DNA of 64,000 nucleotides from contig CM060731.1 in the NCBI GenBank assembly GCA_030704615.1, positions 65,100,001-65,164,000 on the forward strand, given 5' to 3'. The position numbers and the translations under genes are program-made. Origin of the DNA: Takakia lepidozioides (Eukaryota; Plantae; Bryophyta). Of the stretch, positions 1-12,500 are shown piece after piece. The notes under the pieces were generated by a model. That model did not search any database. It was not told the origin of the DNA and saw nothing but the letters and a program-made list of their open reading frames with translations. Every line of letters begins with the position of its first letter. The first letter of the stretch is position 1.

Positions 1-3000
1 GCCAAAGCAAAAGCGGAACGGCCCAAAAGATATGATCCTGGTGAGTCCAATGGGGGCGACGTGTCACCGAGGCGGCCGTTTGAGGAAGCGATGCATGTTT
101 CCGAAAATGAGGCCGCTCAAGAGCGGGAGGAATTTGAGGAGTCGGAGCCTGAGGAATCCCTGAGAGCTCCGATCGACCAACAGATGCATCCCATGTCGGC
201 AGCCTTTTGGGAAGGGTTGTTGGCGCAATTTGGCGGGACGTTGAAAGACGTGTTAAAGGTGGCTAATGCCACTTCCACTAAGGCAAAGTTTAAGGTGAAG
301 CCTAAGGAACCTTCGAGGGCGTCCAAAATCGGAAGGCACTCAACACCTGGCTCTTGGAGCTAGAGCAGTACTTCCGGGCGGCCAAGTTGAGTGACGAGGA
401 TCGGGTGGAAGTGGCTCCCACCTATTTGAGGGGCTATGCTCAGCAATGGTGGCAGAAACGCCTTCACGACCGAGGTCCAAGCCCGGAAACCTTGAACTGG
501 AGTGGGTTCAAGGAATTGATGAAGATGCAATTTGTGCCCCTCAACGCGTCCTAGCTCGCCCGGGACAAGATGAGGAATTTGAAGCAAACAGATGACATTC
601 GGGGATATGTCCAGGCTTTCAATGTGCTGTTGCTCGAAGTCGCGAACATGGCAGAAATGGTCTTCAACTTTGTGGCGGGACTAGCCCCATGGGCCAGGCG
701 GAAGTTGGACGAGAAGCCACCTAAGACTTTGAACGAGGCAATTGAGAGGGCTGAATGTTTCTCGGACGTCCCTAAGGGTGAAAGACAAGGTTGTACGGAG
801 CTTAACCACAAGAAGACCCGGCGGGAAGGTGACTCTTTCCGACCAGAAAAGAAGTGGGATAGGCCACGCGGCGATAATGGCACGTGGAAATCGAAGGGAG
901 GGCCTTCAAAAGTCAAGGCGGCACCCGGTGCTTCGAAAGGAAAAGCGGGTGGAGTGGCCTATGGCGGACAGAAGGCGACCTTTGATGGAGTGTGTTTCAA
1001 TTGCGGGGAGCCCGGGCACATGGCTAAGAAGTGCATGAAGCCCCGGCAATTGAACATGACTTGGGCGACCACGGAGCTGTCGGAAGATACCATCAGTCGC
1101 TTGGTGGAAGCGGTGGTCGCCAGGACTTGCAAGGTAGGCAAATTTTCTTGTGAGTTGTATCAGGAAACTGGCGCCTTACGTAAAGGGAGTCAGTTAGTGT
1201 TCGTGGATGGGATAATATCCGGAACTAACGTGTCGTTGTTGGTGGACACAGGAGCGTTGCACTCCTTCATGACACCGGCAACGGCACAAAAGCTGGGACT
1301 CCCGACAAGTGACGTGGGGGTCTCTATTGAGGTGCGTTCTGCCAGAGAAGAACCGCAATTGGCGATAAGGTTGGCGTTTGATGTTCATCTTCAACTGGGG
1401 AGTTGGGAGGGACGTGAGAACTTCACCGTCTGCGAGATCGATGGAGTGGATCTCATTTTGGGGATGACCTTTTTGAGCAAATCCGGAACGGTCATAGATG
1501 GCCGCAAGAGGGTAGTCACGCTGCCATGTGGGTATGGTGGCGAGGTCTTACGAGTTTCGGAAACGCCCAAACCCGTGGGAGGGCGAATAAACCTTCTGTC
1601 AGCAAGGGAGTGGGCCGTGGAGGAGGCACACGAGCCCCAGTTTTTGCTCTACATTAGAGAAGTGAAGGGATAAGCCGATGGGGAGCCGAGCCCAGATTGG
1701 ATCAAGGGGATTTTGGAGAAATACCATGATGTGATGCCGAAGGATTTGCCAAGCGGCTTGCCACCGCGAAGAGGAGTTGACCACAAGATTGAGGTGATAC
1801 CGGGATCGGAACCGCCTGCCAAGGCGCCCTACCGGTTGAGCCACAGAGAGTTGTTCGAGCTGAAGACTCAGCTCAAGGATCTAATGTCAAAGGGGTACAT
1901 CCGGCCGAGTAAGTCACCTTACGGAGCCCCGGTGCTATTTGCAGACAAGAAGGATGGGACGCTGCGGATGTGTATCGATTACAGGGCTCTGAATAAGGTG
2001 ACTATCAAAAACCGGTACCCTTTGCCAAGGATCGACGACCTTTTCGTTCGGTTGGCAGGAGCGAAGTATTTCAGCCGGATCGATCTGCGCTCCGGCTATC
2101 ATCAAATTCGAGTGGCGGAAGGAGATGAGGAGAAGACCGCGTGCAGGACAAGGTATGGTTCATATGAGTTCTTGGTGATGCCTTTTGGGCTCACCAATGC
2201 ACCAGCGACATTTAGCACGCTGATGAACAGCCTTTTCCAGGAGTGGTTGGATGACTTTGTGATCGTGTACATCGACGACATCTTGGTGTATTCGAAAACA
2301 AAGGAGGAGCACCTGGAGCACCTCAAAAGGGTGTTCCAGAAATTACGGGAAGGAAAGCTGTATGCCAAAGCTTCAAAGTGCGAATTCGGGGTCACAAAAG
2401 TGGAGTTCCTGGGGCATGTGATTACACAGGATGGGATCAGAATGGATGACAGGAAGGTGAGGGCAATTTTGGACTGGGAGCCTCCGACTTCGGTCCCGGG
2501 AGTGCGATCCTTCCTAGGACTCGCCTCCTATTACCGGAAGTATGTGAGAAATTTCGCCAAAATCGCGGGTCCGCTGTCAGACCTTCTGTGTAAATCTAAA
2601 GTCTGGGCATGGAACACCTTTTGTGGCCAAGTTTTTGCTGAATTGAAGCAGCGGATGGCGGAAGCTCCAGTCTTGAAAATCCCGGAGTTCGATCGTCCGT
2701 TCGAGATACATACAGATGCGTCGGACTTCGCGATTGGGGGTGTACTGATGCAAGATGGACGTCCAGTGGCTTACGAAAGTAAGAAACTGAATGAAGTGGA
2801 GCGATGGTGGCCGACGCACGAGAAAGAGATGAAGGCGATGGTGCACTGTCTTGAGCTTTGGCGCCACTATGTTGGTTCCAACCCAATGAAGGTGTTCACG
2901 GACAATGTCACGGTGAAGTATTTTGCCACGCAGCCCAGGTTGTCCCCAAAACAACTTAGGTGGCAAGATACTTTGGCGGTGTTTGACGTGGATATCCAGT

Positions 3001-4093
3001 ACAAACCGGGACGAGACAACGTGGTGGCCGATGCTTTAAGTAGAAAGTAGCAGCTCTTGTTGGTGTACAAGGGCGAGACGGCGCTCCAAAGGAAGATCCG
3101 AAAGGCTTGCCAGAAGGATGAGCTGGCGAAGTCCGTGATGCAGGACTTGAGGATGGGGGTTAAATCGCAGTTCCACTTGCAAAATGGACTGCTCCGGTAT
3201 TAGCAAAAGCATCTCTACGTGCCGATGGGAGGGATCAAAGATAGCCTCTTCAGAGAATGCCATGATAGCCCGCTTGCGGGCCACGACGGAGCCAAGCGCA
3301 CTGCGGCACTCTTGAAAAAAGAGTATTTCTGGCCCAAACTGAGGGAGGAGGCAGAGGAGTATGTCAAGACATGCACACATGCCAACAAAACCGGAGCGAG
3401 TACAAAAAGCAAGCAGGGCTGTTACAACCCTTGCCGATTCCAGAGGGGACTTGGGAAAGCGTCTCGGTGGATTTCATGACTGCTATGCCGCAATCAAAAG
3501 GATTCGATGCAATCATGGTGGTGGTGGATAGGTTCAATAAAATAGGCCATTTCATCCCCACCAAGGAGACGGCAACGGCGCAGGAAATAGGGCAACTTTA
3601 CTTCGCCCACGTCTTAAAGCATCATGGAGTCCCGAAGGATATTGTCTCGGACCGCGATCCAAAGTTTATAAGTAAATTTTGGAGGGCACTTTGGAAGAAG
3701 ATGGGGACGAGGCTGAAGATGAGCACCGCCTTCCGACCTACGACCGACAGCCAAACAAAAAGAGTGAATTCCGTAGTGAAACAGATCTTGCGGAATTACG
3801 TGTCGGCAGACCAAACAGATTGGGTGGAACACTTAGACGCGGCAGAGTTCTATTATAATAACACAGAACACTCCGCAACGGGAGTTTCCCCTTTTGTATT
3901 GGTCTATGGAAAAGCACCTGTGGTGCCGACAAGTTGGGCCGCCCAGGACGTTGAGGAACCGGCAGTAGCGGCGGTACTGGAAGAACGCGAGCGTTTGTTG
4001 AAGCTCGCAAAGTACAACATTGCCAAAGCTAGGAAACGGTATGAAATCCGAGGCGGTTGCAGTTTTCGAAGGGCGACCTCAAAAGCGAAATAA
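1..4093 (+). pseudogene. gag-pol: gag-pol of copy A, disrupted
   Basis: ORF fragments 61-363, 354-554, 570-1673, 1713-3050, 3219-3479 and 3371-4093, broken by stops and frameshifts; a ~430-bp deletion at ~4046 relative to copy F removes the GPY/F region and chromodomain. Confidence 0.93.
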
Positions 4094-4134
4094 GCGTTGA
4101 TGGGGACATCAACCTTGGAGCGTGGGGGAGGAAA

Positions 4135-5735
4135 TGCATGCTTAGCCTGGCTTATCTAGCTTATGAATCCGATTGCAAAAACTTGTATTGTACAAAAATT
4201 TGTTATAAAGGAAATGGGTTCCAAATTTTGTGCGTCCTATTTTGTTTGGAATGTTGATGCATGATGTGGTTGGCTAGTGTGTAGAATGCATGCTAGCTTA
4301 CAAAAGTGGGAGAGGTAAATTGGGTTAATCGTGTGTTTGCGCAGTGCCAAAATCGGGTGACTCCCATCCAAGGGGCAAAGAAACTTGCACCTTCTTTGGG
4401 AGTTCACGTGCTAGTGCGCACTTGGTGCGTGCGTATACTATAACTGCGCTACCGAGGGGGTTGCTTTGTAGTGCGGGCTAACGCGGAAGCTACGTGCTTC
4501 CGTTCACGTACTATAATCGTGTAGCCTCGGGACGAAGTCGTAGTGCGGCTTCGGCGTGTTCCCGTACCTCAGGCCAACATTTCAAGGCGGACCCAATTGT
4601 AGTGATTGGGGCGCGCGGTTGGTTCAAGGTTATCTTCCTAGTCAAAGAGGGTTCGAGGTGAACCCTTGCTCAAGGTGGTGCCAAAAGCGACATCATGAGC
4701 GGTCGCAAGCAATGTTGTTGCAGTAAGGCGATTCGATCCTCGGGGAGGATCATTCCTTGGCCTTGAAGTAGGCCAAGAAGAGTGCACTGAGAGGAGCTTG
4801 AGAGGCTCCACCCTTGGCCGGGACTTGGAGGAAGTCGGCCGAACTAGCTAGTGGAGAGTAGAGTCAAGTGTGGGGTTTGGTTCTTTGCCATGGGACGCCA
4901 TGGTACGGAAACAAACTCCTTGATGTGGGACGCCACAACTTGGATGTTCGTTTCCACAAAATGGACAAGCCGATGAGGACATCGACTCCATGTTGGTAGG
5001 GGTGTGTGTCACGGCCTTTTTCCTTGAGGGTAGGGGGTCGGGACACAAGAGGGGCTGCCCCTATGGTGGGGGCAGTGGCAGCGATAGGTATGGGGGGGCT
5101 GAAGCACCCTTGAGTGCCCAAGGCACTCAAGGAGGCGGAGGCGCTCACTAGGTGGAGCCCCGCACACCGGGTTGCGGTGGGGGTGGCTCCACAAGGGGTG
5201 GTGGTAGCTTAGCGGGACTTAGTGGGGGTGGCATAGGACTCACCCTGGGGCGGAGACCTCGTGGTGGGAGTCGTGGGGAGTCTTGGGACTCATCACGGTC
5301 CATAGGGGCCGTGGTGGGTGGGCCAAGACTCACCGTGACTTATCACCGGGAATCGAGGGTGTTCGTGGTGGTTCGCCATAAAATGGCATGGTTGTTTGTG
5401 AAACCCCTGCGGACAGCTACAGAAGTATATATAAGGAGTAGTAACCCCGAGAACGGTGCAAGCCCGTTGGTGACCAAAAACTAGTGAGTAAGCGAGCGAG
5501 CCGGAAAGCGACCAAAGAGTGGGGAGCTATTCCGGACTGCCAACTACCAAAGGGAATTCCGCTGGTTCCAAATCGGTGGAGGGTTCTTTGGGAGATCAAA
5601 GGGGGGACCATTATGCCCCGGTGAGCAACCGGAGCTCCAAGTTGGCCCGGCGGCCAGGTTGGGAGTTAGGCGCGCGCATCAAGCGAGTAACTATGACTTG
5701 AGGGGGGGGAGCTTACCGAAGTGAGGTGCGCGACA
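4135..5735 (+). repeat. 3' LTR of copy A (~1.6 kb, TG...CA)
   Basis: Starts TGCATG right after the PPT and ends GCGCGACA; near-identical to 19408-21006, 39520-41107 and 46068-46794; TATA-like TATATATAA at ~5426. Confidence 0.93.
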
Positions 5736-5950
5736 GGGCACCGACTAAAAATTTGCTGAGACTGTGTATCATAATTCAGTAGATTGTAGTGAATTGTTGA
5801 GGGAGACTCTTGTTTCCAGATCTGCATCATGGCCAGGAGATGAGGCCATGTTTTCGAGGGTATGGTACAATGGAAGAGGCAATGCTCCAACGATTCCAAG
5901 ATTCCATGGCCGCAACATTTACATAGTAATGTCTTCGAAAAAGACAACCA
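5736..5950 (-). pseudogene. LINE (L1-like) ORF2 C-terminal zinc-finger (zf-RVT-like) fragment
   Basis: CKCCGHGILESLEHCLFHC...W matches the CxxC...ESxxHxLFxC motif; cut by LTR A. Confidence 0.65.
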
Positions 5951-5973
5951 GGCTCCAACCTTAATTACCCTGT

Positions 5974-6316
5974 TACTAGTTGCTAAAGGAGTGCAGCCAC
6001 TTTCGTTGGCCTGGCCTTATTCCAGAAATTAAGCGACAGCCATATGGCGGTCGCTTGTTTTTTAAATATTTGCAAAATTATGCGACAGCCAATACGGCGG
6101 TCGCTTGTTTTCTTTTTTAAATTAGGCGACCGCCAATGACTGCCAATCTTGCTGTTTTAAAAAATAATAATAATATTGGCGGTCGCTCTTACTTTTTTTA
6201 TTTCGAAAAATAAAGCGACCACCAGAATTGGCGGTCGCTTTCATTTTATTAATTTTCAAAATATATTTGTCACCGCCACTGTGTCGGCGACGTGGCTGCT
6301 TGTATTTTACCTAGTA
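5974..6316. mobile_element. Small non-autonomous inverted-repeat element (MITE-like)
   Basis: Imperfect inverted ends TACTAG..GCAGCCAC / GTGGCTGC..CTAGTA and repeated inverted pairs GCGAC(A/C)GCC..GGCGGTCGCT separated by AT-rich spacers. Confidence 0.5.
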
Positions 6317-6342
6317 CTATTTTTACCAGAATATTCCTGGAA

Positions 6343-6423
6343 CCTGACGTGACGGAGGTCCCGTCAGCGTCAGGTCTGACGTGACCTGACGCTGACTAAC
6401 AGACGTGATGCTGTCAACAGGGT
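6343..6423. repeat. TGACG-rich transposon subterminal remnant
   Basis: GTCAGCGTCAGGTCYGACGTGACSTGAC is shared with 62998-63071. Confidence 0.5.
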
Positions 6424-6539
6424 AATCAAATGCACATGCAGCGTCAACTTCGATTCAGTACCATAGTAGCAACATTAGTGCTGATGTTGAGAAGTCTAAC
6501 GAGAGGATGCAGCCTGTATCGGTTCCAATCTAATGACAG

Positions 6540-6848
6540 GGAATATGGAGCTGTGGCATCATCGTTTCTGCCACATGAACACAAGATCAATCAAGAAGAC
6601 AATGCCTTTAGTAAAGGGATTGATCATCACAGGAAATGACAAAGAGAACGATCTTTGTCCAGGGTGCATATACGGTAAGCAGCACTATTCCAGTTTCCAT
6701 GCGCAAGAAGATAAAGAAAGACCAAATGACTTCACGCTGATCTTTATGGACCAATGAGCAAGGACTCTTTGGAAGGAATGAAGTATTACATCTTGTTCAA
6801 AGATGATCGAACTGGATATATGTATGTCTTCTTCCTACAGTACAAGAG
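6540..6848 (+). pseudogene. Ty1/copia GAG-pre-integrase and integrase N-terminal fragment
   Basis: LWHHRFCHMN...CPGCIYGKQH, then after a frameshift HADLYGPM...KYYILFKDDRTGYMYVFFL. Confidence 0.85.
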
Positions 6849-6849
6849 A

Positions 6850-7500
6850 TCTTGGCTTTTTTTACACCAGGGGTAGTTTACATCTGGCTTTTCTTACACA
6901 CAATCTTGCACCCATGTATAATTTCGTAGGTGTAAAATGAGCCATAAGAAAAGCCGCTTCGTGTAGACTAGTCTACACTAAGCTCACACCTTCTGTGGTC
7001 AACGGTCGTTGACCAAGGAGGTGTCAAACAGTATACATGGCTTATCTCACACTAGTGTGAGAATGAGCCATATAGTATAAGTTAATCCACACCATGGGGG
7101 TCAACTGTATGATGACTAGACATGGTGTAAGAAAGTTTACTGGGCTTATCTCACACTAGTGTGGATTATTCACGTTGGCAGGACACGTCGATTAAGGGAC
7201 TCAAGTCAACTGTATGAGTATGCGTGTTGACCAGTGTTGGACTGGTATCAGGTTTTTCACATACCAGTCTGGTCCTAGTATATAGGTCTCTAAAGCAATG
7301 AGATACCAAACTACAACTAGTGCCAGACATATGTTGAAATTGATCTACCAGTCTGGTCTAAGTATTTGATGCTTTACAGTTTGGTGGTGCAATGGTATCA
7401 ATCTGAGTATGCTTAATGTGATACCAACAGGTATATATAATGAACACTGGTATGGATATCAGTATTGTAACCAGTATTGATACTAGGCCTCAGACCATAT
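6850..7500. repeat. Short direct/inverted motif cluster, probably the 3' subterminal region of the hAT element
   Basis: GGCTTATCTCACACTAGTGTG at ~7039 and ~7143, plus repeated ATACCAG/CTGGTAT motifs. Confidence 0.4.
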
Positions 7501-7652
7501 AATGCTAGTCCAACAAAGTTCAAAATTGATATCAGGTTTAGAACTATATAAAAGTCCAACACTGTTTAGAATTGTTCCCACATTGTATCAGAACTTGAGC
7601 TTGCAAAAACTAAAAAATATTGAATACCAAGTGTGCCAGTACACTACATATA

Positions 7653-7876
7653 CTAAGTGCAGGTATCATCCTCAAAGTAACCAGCTTCTTCAATTTCGTC
7701 CTCGTTGTTGTCCAAGAGATCCTCCTCGGTAGTAAAGAAGTCCTCCATTCCCCCGGCAGTAGTAAGGCAGCCAGTCCTTGCATCAGTTGGCCAATTCTTG
7801 AGTATCATCACCAACTTATCTAAGTTCTGCACCCCCAGCCGACAACGCCGCAAACTAATGAGTATGCCGGCCACAC
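7653..7876 (-). pseudogene. hAT transposase C-terminal dimerisation-domain fragment
   Basis: AGILISLRRCRLGVQNLDKLVMILKNWP followed by an acidic tail; truncated exactly at the MULE left TIR. Confidence 0.75.
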
Positions 7877-7935
7877 GAGGTTTACTATTTCATGAGCCCA
7901 TGAGCCTATGAGCCTATGAGCTCATGAGCGGGCAT
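7877..7935 (+). repeat. Left TIR and ATGAGC subterminal repeats
   Basis: 17/21 match to the reverse complement of 37693-37713; similar to the terminus ending at 47137. Confidence 0.8.
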
Positions 7936-8258
7936 CCGCGGAATTGGAATTTTTGTGCCTTTATTGACGGTGTTATGTCCTCTTACCTCGATAATAGGGT
8001 CTGTTTCTCCTGGTCCAGGATGCGGAATGAGGTATTTCGGCGCCGTTATTCCATGTCACCACTGTAAAACATTGTGCAGGACAGGAAAGAGACACAAAAT
8101 TGTAGCCCTCACAAGCCATTGTGCTGACAAGGTAATATATTTAGGGTCAGACGACAGTTGAACTTGCAAACCCCATTCAACTCAACATCAAGCCCCCATT
8201 GACATGACGCTCGAAATAAAAACATTAGGCAACCACAAGTTTTTATTTTGTATAGCGA

Positions 8259-8981
8259 CTACTCCGAGCTTCCATCATCAAAAATACCACTGCGGCATAA
8301 GAAACCTGTGGAACTACCATATCCCGGAGCCTGTGCCCTCCAATCACCCTCCACAATGATCCTTACCGTGCTATGCTGCTGCGTTGACATCCACAACACG
8401 AACCACAGGTCCAGAATTAGGAATGGTGCAGTAGCCGTCCACTGCGCATTGCCGTTTTCTGGATTAAGATGACGAACATAAAGATACAAGATATCTATAG
8501 AGGTCACGTTCGTGAAAACATACAAATATTGGAGGCCTCCTATTGGGACCTCCTCCACAGCGTCGTGAAATTCGCAAACATCTAGGACAAACCTGTTCCG
8601 ATTCTCCCTTAGTGTCAACAATATATTCCCTGGCCCAGAAGAGTGAGTGAGCAACTCAAGAGCCATATCCGGGAGCAAATACTGTGGAGGTGCAGTATAG
8701 TTATGGTAGTAAGACCTCCAGAACTCGCCGCAGCAACATCTCATGATGAAGAGACGAACACTCCGTCTTCCAGGTCTGTCTCGCACAACAAGTATCCACT
8801 GTTGTCCACTGGCAGGCCTCACCCAAAGAGAATCCCACAGAAGTGCTCGGAAACTCGTCACCCTGCGTGTACCTTCACTGAAGTCCAACTCCACCATAAT
8901 GTCTCCCATCACCGGCTCACGCAATCGCGATCCTCGAATCCCGCTCTGTCGAATGCATAAGGCACTTACATAGGGCGGCAT
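8259..8981 (-). CDS. Uncharacterised 240-aa MULE accessory protein
   Basis: Uninterrupted ATG ORF downstream of a palindrome array; distant similarity to ORF 36504-36935. Confidence 0.6.
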   Translation of the reverse strand: MPPYVSALCIRQSGIRGSRLREPVMGDIMVELDFSEGTRRVTSFRALLWDSLWVRPASGQQWILVVRDRPGRRSVRLFIMRCCCGEFWRSYYHNYTAPPQYLLPDMALELLTHSSGPGNILLTLRENRNRFVLDVCEFHDAVEEVPIGGLQYLYVFTNVTSIDILYLYVRHLNPENGNAQWTATAPFLILDLWFVLWMSTQQHSTVRIIVEGDWRAQAPGYGSSTGFLCRSGIFDDGSSE

Positions 8982-9258
8982 TGAGGAAGTGTGCGCCCAC
9001 CGGGAATGGAGAGGGACAAGTAATCACTGTTGTTTTTTAACACGGAGATGCAAACATTGAAAACCCAATGCGGAAAACCTTCTCAGGTGATCTTCTCTGG
9101 GGCAACGGCAATACGTGCCCCCATTGGCCAGCAACGGCTACCCACACAGGCGATCGAAAATGACTGGGGCTAGAAGGGGCTTGACAGAGAAGGTGCCACG
9201 ACATTACGGGAAGAAATTGTGCTAAAACCATCGCCGTCCTAAAACCACCGACCTTGGT

Positions 9259-9538
9259 ATTTCGGCGCCGAAATTCCCAAGAGCAGTGTGCTACAGTGGT
9301 GTTTTGAAGACATCCACCGGGGTATTTCGGTGCCGAAATTTCCTTTTGAAATGTGATATAGTGCCGTATTTTATGGCGTAGAGCGGGCTATTTCGGCGCC
9401 GAAATACCCAAGTGGAATGTGCTGAAGTGCCTTGTGTTGAAGGATTCCATCGTGATATTTTGGTGCAGTAATTCCTTCGTGGAATTTTATAAGGCCCATA
9501 TTATGAAGGCGCACACTGGGCTATTTCGGCGCCGAAAT
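9259..9538. repeat. Array of five ATTTCGGCGCCGAAAT palindromes (~66-bp period)
   Basis: Copies at 9259, 9324, 9390, ~9456 (degenerate) and 9523. Confidence 0.9.
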
Positions 9539-9582
9539 TCCCAATAGGACAACCGAAACCAATACACTTACTATGGTGCAAC

Positions 9583-12500
9583 TCACTCAAAGACAGGCAT
9601 TGGAGGAAGCGGCTTCGGGCGCCCCTGCATCGTACGAATTTCCTGGACTTCCTCCTCTTCCTCTTCCTCGTCCCCTTCCACGTCCCCTTCCACGTCCTCT
9701 TCTGCGTTTTTGGGATCCTCAGTCGGAGGCAGACGCTGTAGGCCCGCCAAATTGAAATCGTACAAGGCCGTATCCCCCTCAAATGAGAACACAAATCGGT
9801 TGTACATCCTTCCAGCCCACATACAGGCACCTGCGAATTCATACGACACAACCACAACCAAAGTCAAGAATGACTCGCTTCCTCGCGCAAGCAAACATAC
9901 ACAATCGGAAACGGTGTCAATTTCGGTGCCGCAATCACTTAACGCTCTAACCTGTATTTGCAGTGACGTCGAGGACCCTGCCTTCACCATCCGTACACAT
10001 TTCCATGAGCGTCTGGATGAATGCAGGACTCCTGGTCCTGCCATACCTCCAAGGCTTGCCCAACAAATCACAAAGCATGTCCTTCTCTCCCACATGGTTG
10101 AACATGACGTTATACTCCAATGGATCAACTGTGGAATCAACAAGTCTGCCTGCTTGACGTAATTTGAATTTCAAATGTTCCTTCACGAAGTAGAATGCCT
10201 GAAAGATAAGAGTCTGCAAAAAAAGAAATGAGAACGTGAGAGGTGGCCTACACGTACATGGGCAATTTCGGCGCAGAAATTGGCATAGCAGAGGAGAACC
10301 GCAACATACCTTCTGACCATCGTTGAGAAGACCCTGCGTGTTGATGCAAGTCCAGATTTTTTTCGGGATGGGTGCTGCACTTCTCCCCGTCCATACTTTG
10401 ATATCATTCTCAGTGACTTCTCCATCGGCTGCTAGCACAACAACACAGCCGTTATCGTCCAACATGTTGGCTGCGAACCCGAATGTGTGGCTCCAGTATC
10501 TTTCGTCGTACTTGTTCCACCAGGGTAGTGAGCCCAGCCCCAGTATCTCCTACCCATCCGGGATATCCATAAGGATCATGTCGATGGAGGCTTTCACCGC
10601 CCTGCCCCCGACTGTGCTCTTTTTGTCGTGGCTCATCGCCACAAAATATTCCATCATCTTTGTGTAGCCAGGAGTGTCCTCCATATCATTGCCAGTGGAC
10701 CTCGATCGCCTTCCTCAATCTCGTTTTCTCCAGCCTTTTGTTCACAGCAGTTAGGAAATTTTCATTAACACACTCCACAATTGTGGGTGTTTTGAGGACT
10801 TCCCTGCCCGCAATATGCACCGCACGGTAGGGTCTGCCAGGTGCATCCTCGTATAGTGATCTCTTCGCAGCCAAACCCCCGGAGCGCTGGCCCTTATGAA
10901 TTTTCGAACGAGGTGTGGCCCCCTGGGTGTTATCCTGCTGGAAATCATCGTTGGAATCCTCGTCATCTGGTTGACTATGTTGCTGCTTCTTCTTCTTGGG
11001 TGTGGGGGTCTTCGTCTCTTGCCCCTGTTTGCGCGTTCTTTTCTTCATGTCCTTGGGCTGCTCAGCTCCCTGCTTCTCCATCTGCTCCTTCGCCAACGCT
11101 GCCGCCTTGGCTGACTTTCTCAGTGCTTTCGGCTTGGCTGCCTCCTCTGCTTTCAGTCTTTCCGCGTCCTCTGGTTGGGGATCCGATTGCGCCTTCATAG
11201 CCCTGGCATTTGCTTCCTTCTTCAAGTTAACCTCCGAGAGGTCAACGGTCCCACTTGGGAGATCCACGTACCAAGGACAGTCTACCAAATGCTCGGCATG
11301 CCACTCCTTCGCCATTACTTTTGTGTACATCGTACCACGACCTCCAGGTGTCCTCCACGCCAGGAAGAATGGTGGAACCCTTTGAATGGCTCCGGACGGA
11401 ATGAGTGCAAAGTTTATGTACTTGCAATCACGAGGCAGTTCAACAAAAATCATTCTACTGATGCATCATGCAAGAGGAAGTTCTCAATGCACAAGGTATT
11501 TCGGCACCAAAATACGCAGTGGACCGTGCCCCAATTACCCAGCACTTACATCTTGCAGAGGTATATTTCGGCGCCGCAATACCCACCGCTGCTTAGCTAA
11601 TCATCAAAACTGCAAATAGGGGGATGCATTGGCAGCAGATTACCTGAACAGGATACGCATTGCCGCTTTGTCGGCACCCTCCTGCTCTTCAATGTATACG
11701 CTGCGTCTTGCCTTTGCAATTTCTCTGAAAAAAAGGTTTGCGAAGTGCCCTCGCCAGGACTGCACATAGTTCTCCATTGTTTCTGGTTTCGTCCAGTTGA
11801 TCTGTAACTTGAAAGTGGTGGTGTTGCAATCCAATTGCTCCTGGGCGTGGGTCAGTACCTGCAGCAGTGCAGGTTTCCAAAACATTCATGAATTTGAAAT
11901 TCCGATGATGTCCAACACACAGAAGAGGAGGAAATTATACACCAAGTCATCACATTGAGCCAGTCGTTCATTTTGTCGCCTGTTGGCTCGATGCGAAAGT
12001 GGTACAACAGCTTCGTGTTTGTATGGCCATTCCAGATTCGCAGCCACCTCGTCTGCATGGCCTAACATCGGTCAGACATAAGAACTTCATCATGAGAATC
12101 GCGAGAAGACACAAAACAAGAACAAACACATGCTTACCTTCTCCGCCGGCTCAACACATGACACTGCGATATGATGAAGTTTCTCCATGGACATTTTCGG
12201 TTTCATGGGTCTGGAGTAATGCAGTCCTATCTCCGTCAAGAACTCGGCACCAAGACCAGGGTCAGCGATTGCAACTTGCTTAACAAGTTTGGACCTGTAC
12301 TTGGTCCGTGATTGCCTCCCTACCTGCACAATGTGACTCTCTATCGACGCGTCCGCCTTGTTGGGGGCATCATTCTCAAATAACTACCTTTTGACATAGG
12401 CCAAGTCATCCCTGATATTCGTCTGCATTCCCATACCCAGCGGATACCAGGCCACTGAGCCCTGCAACAAATAGCATTAAATCGGGAAATTTGAGATGAA

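Larger units (their letters stand above)
1..5735 (+). mobile_element. Ty3/gypsy chromovirus-family LTR retrotransposon, copy A (5' end outside window)
   Basis: gag, CCHC knuckle ([14 protein letters not shown]), protease (VDTGA), RT (YIDD), RNase H and integrase occur in gypsy order, followed by the PPT GGGGGAGGAAA and an LTR. Confidence 0.97.
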
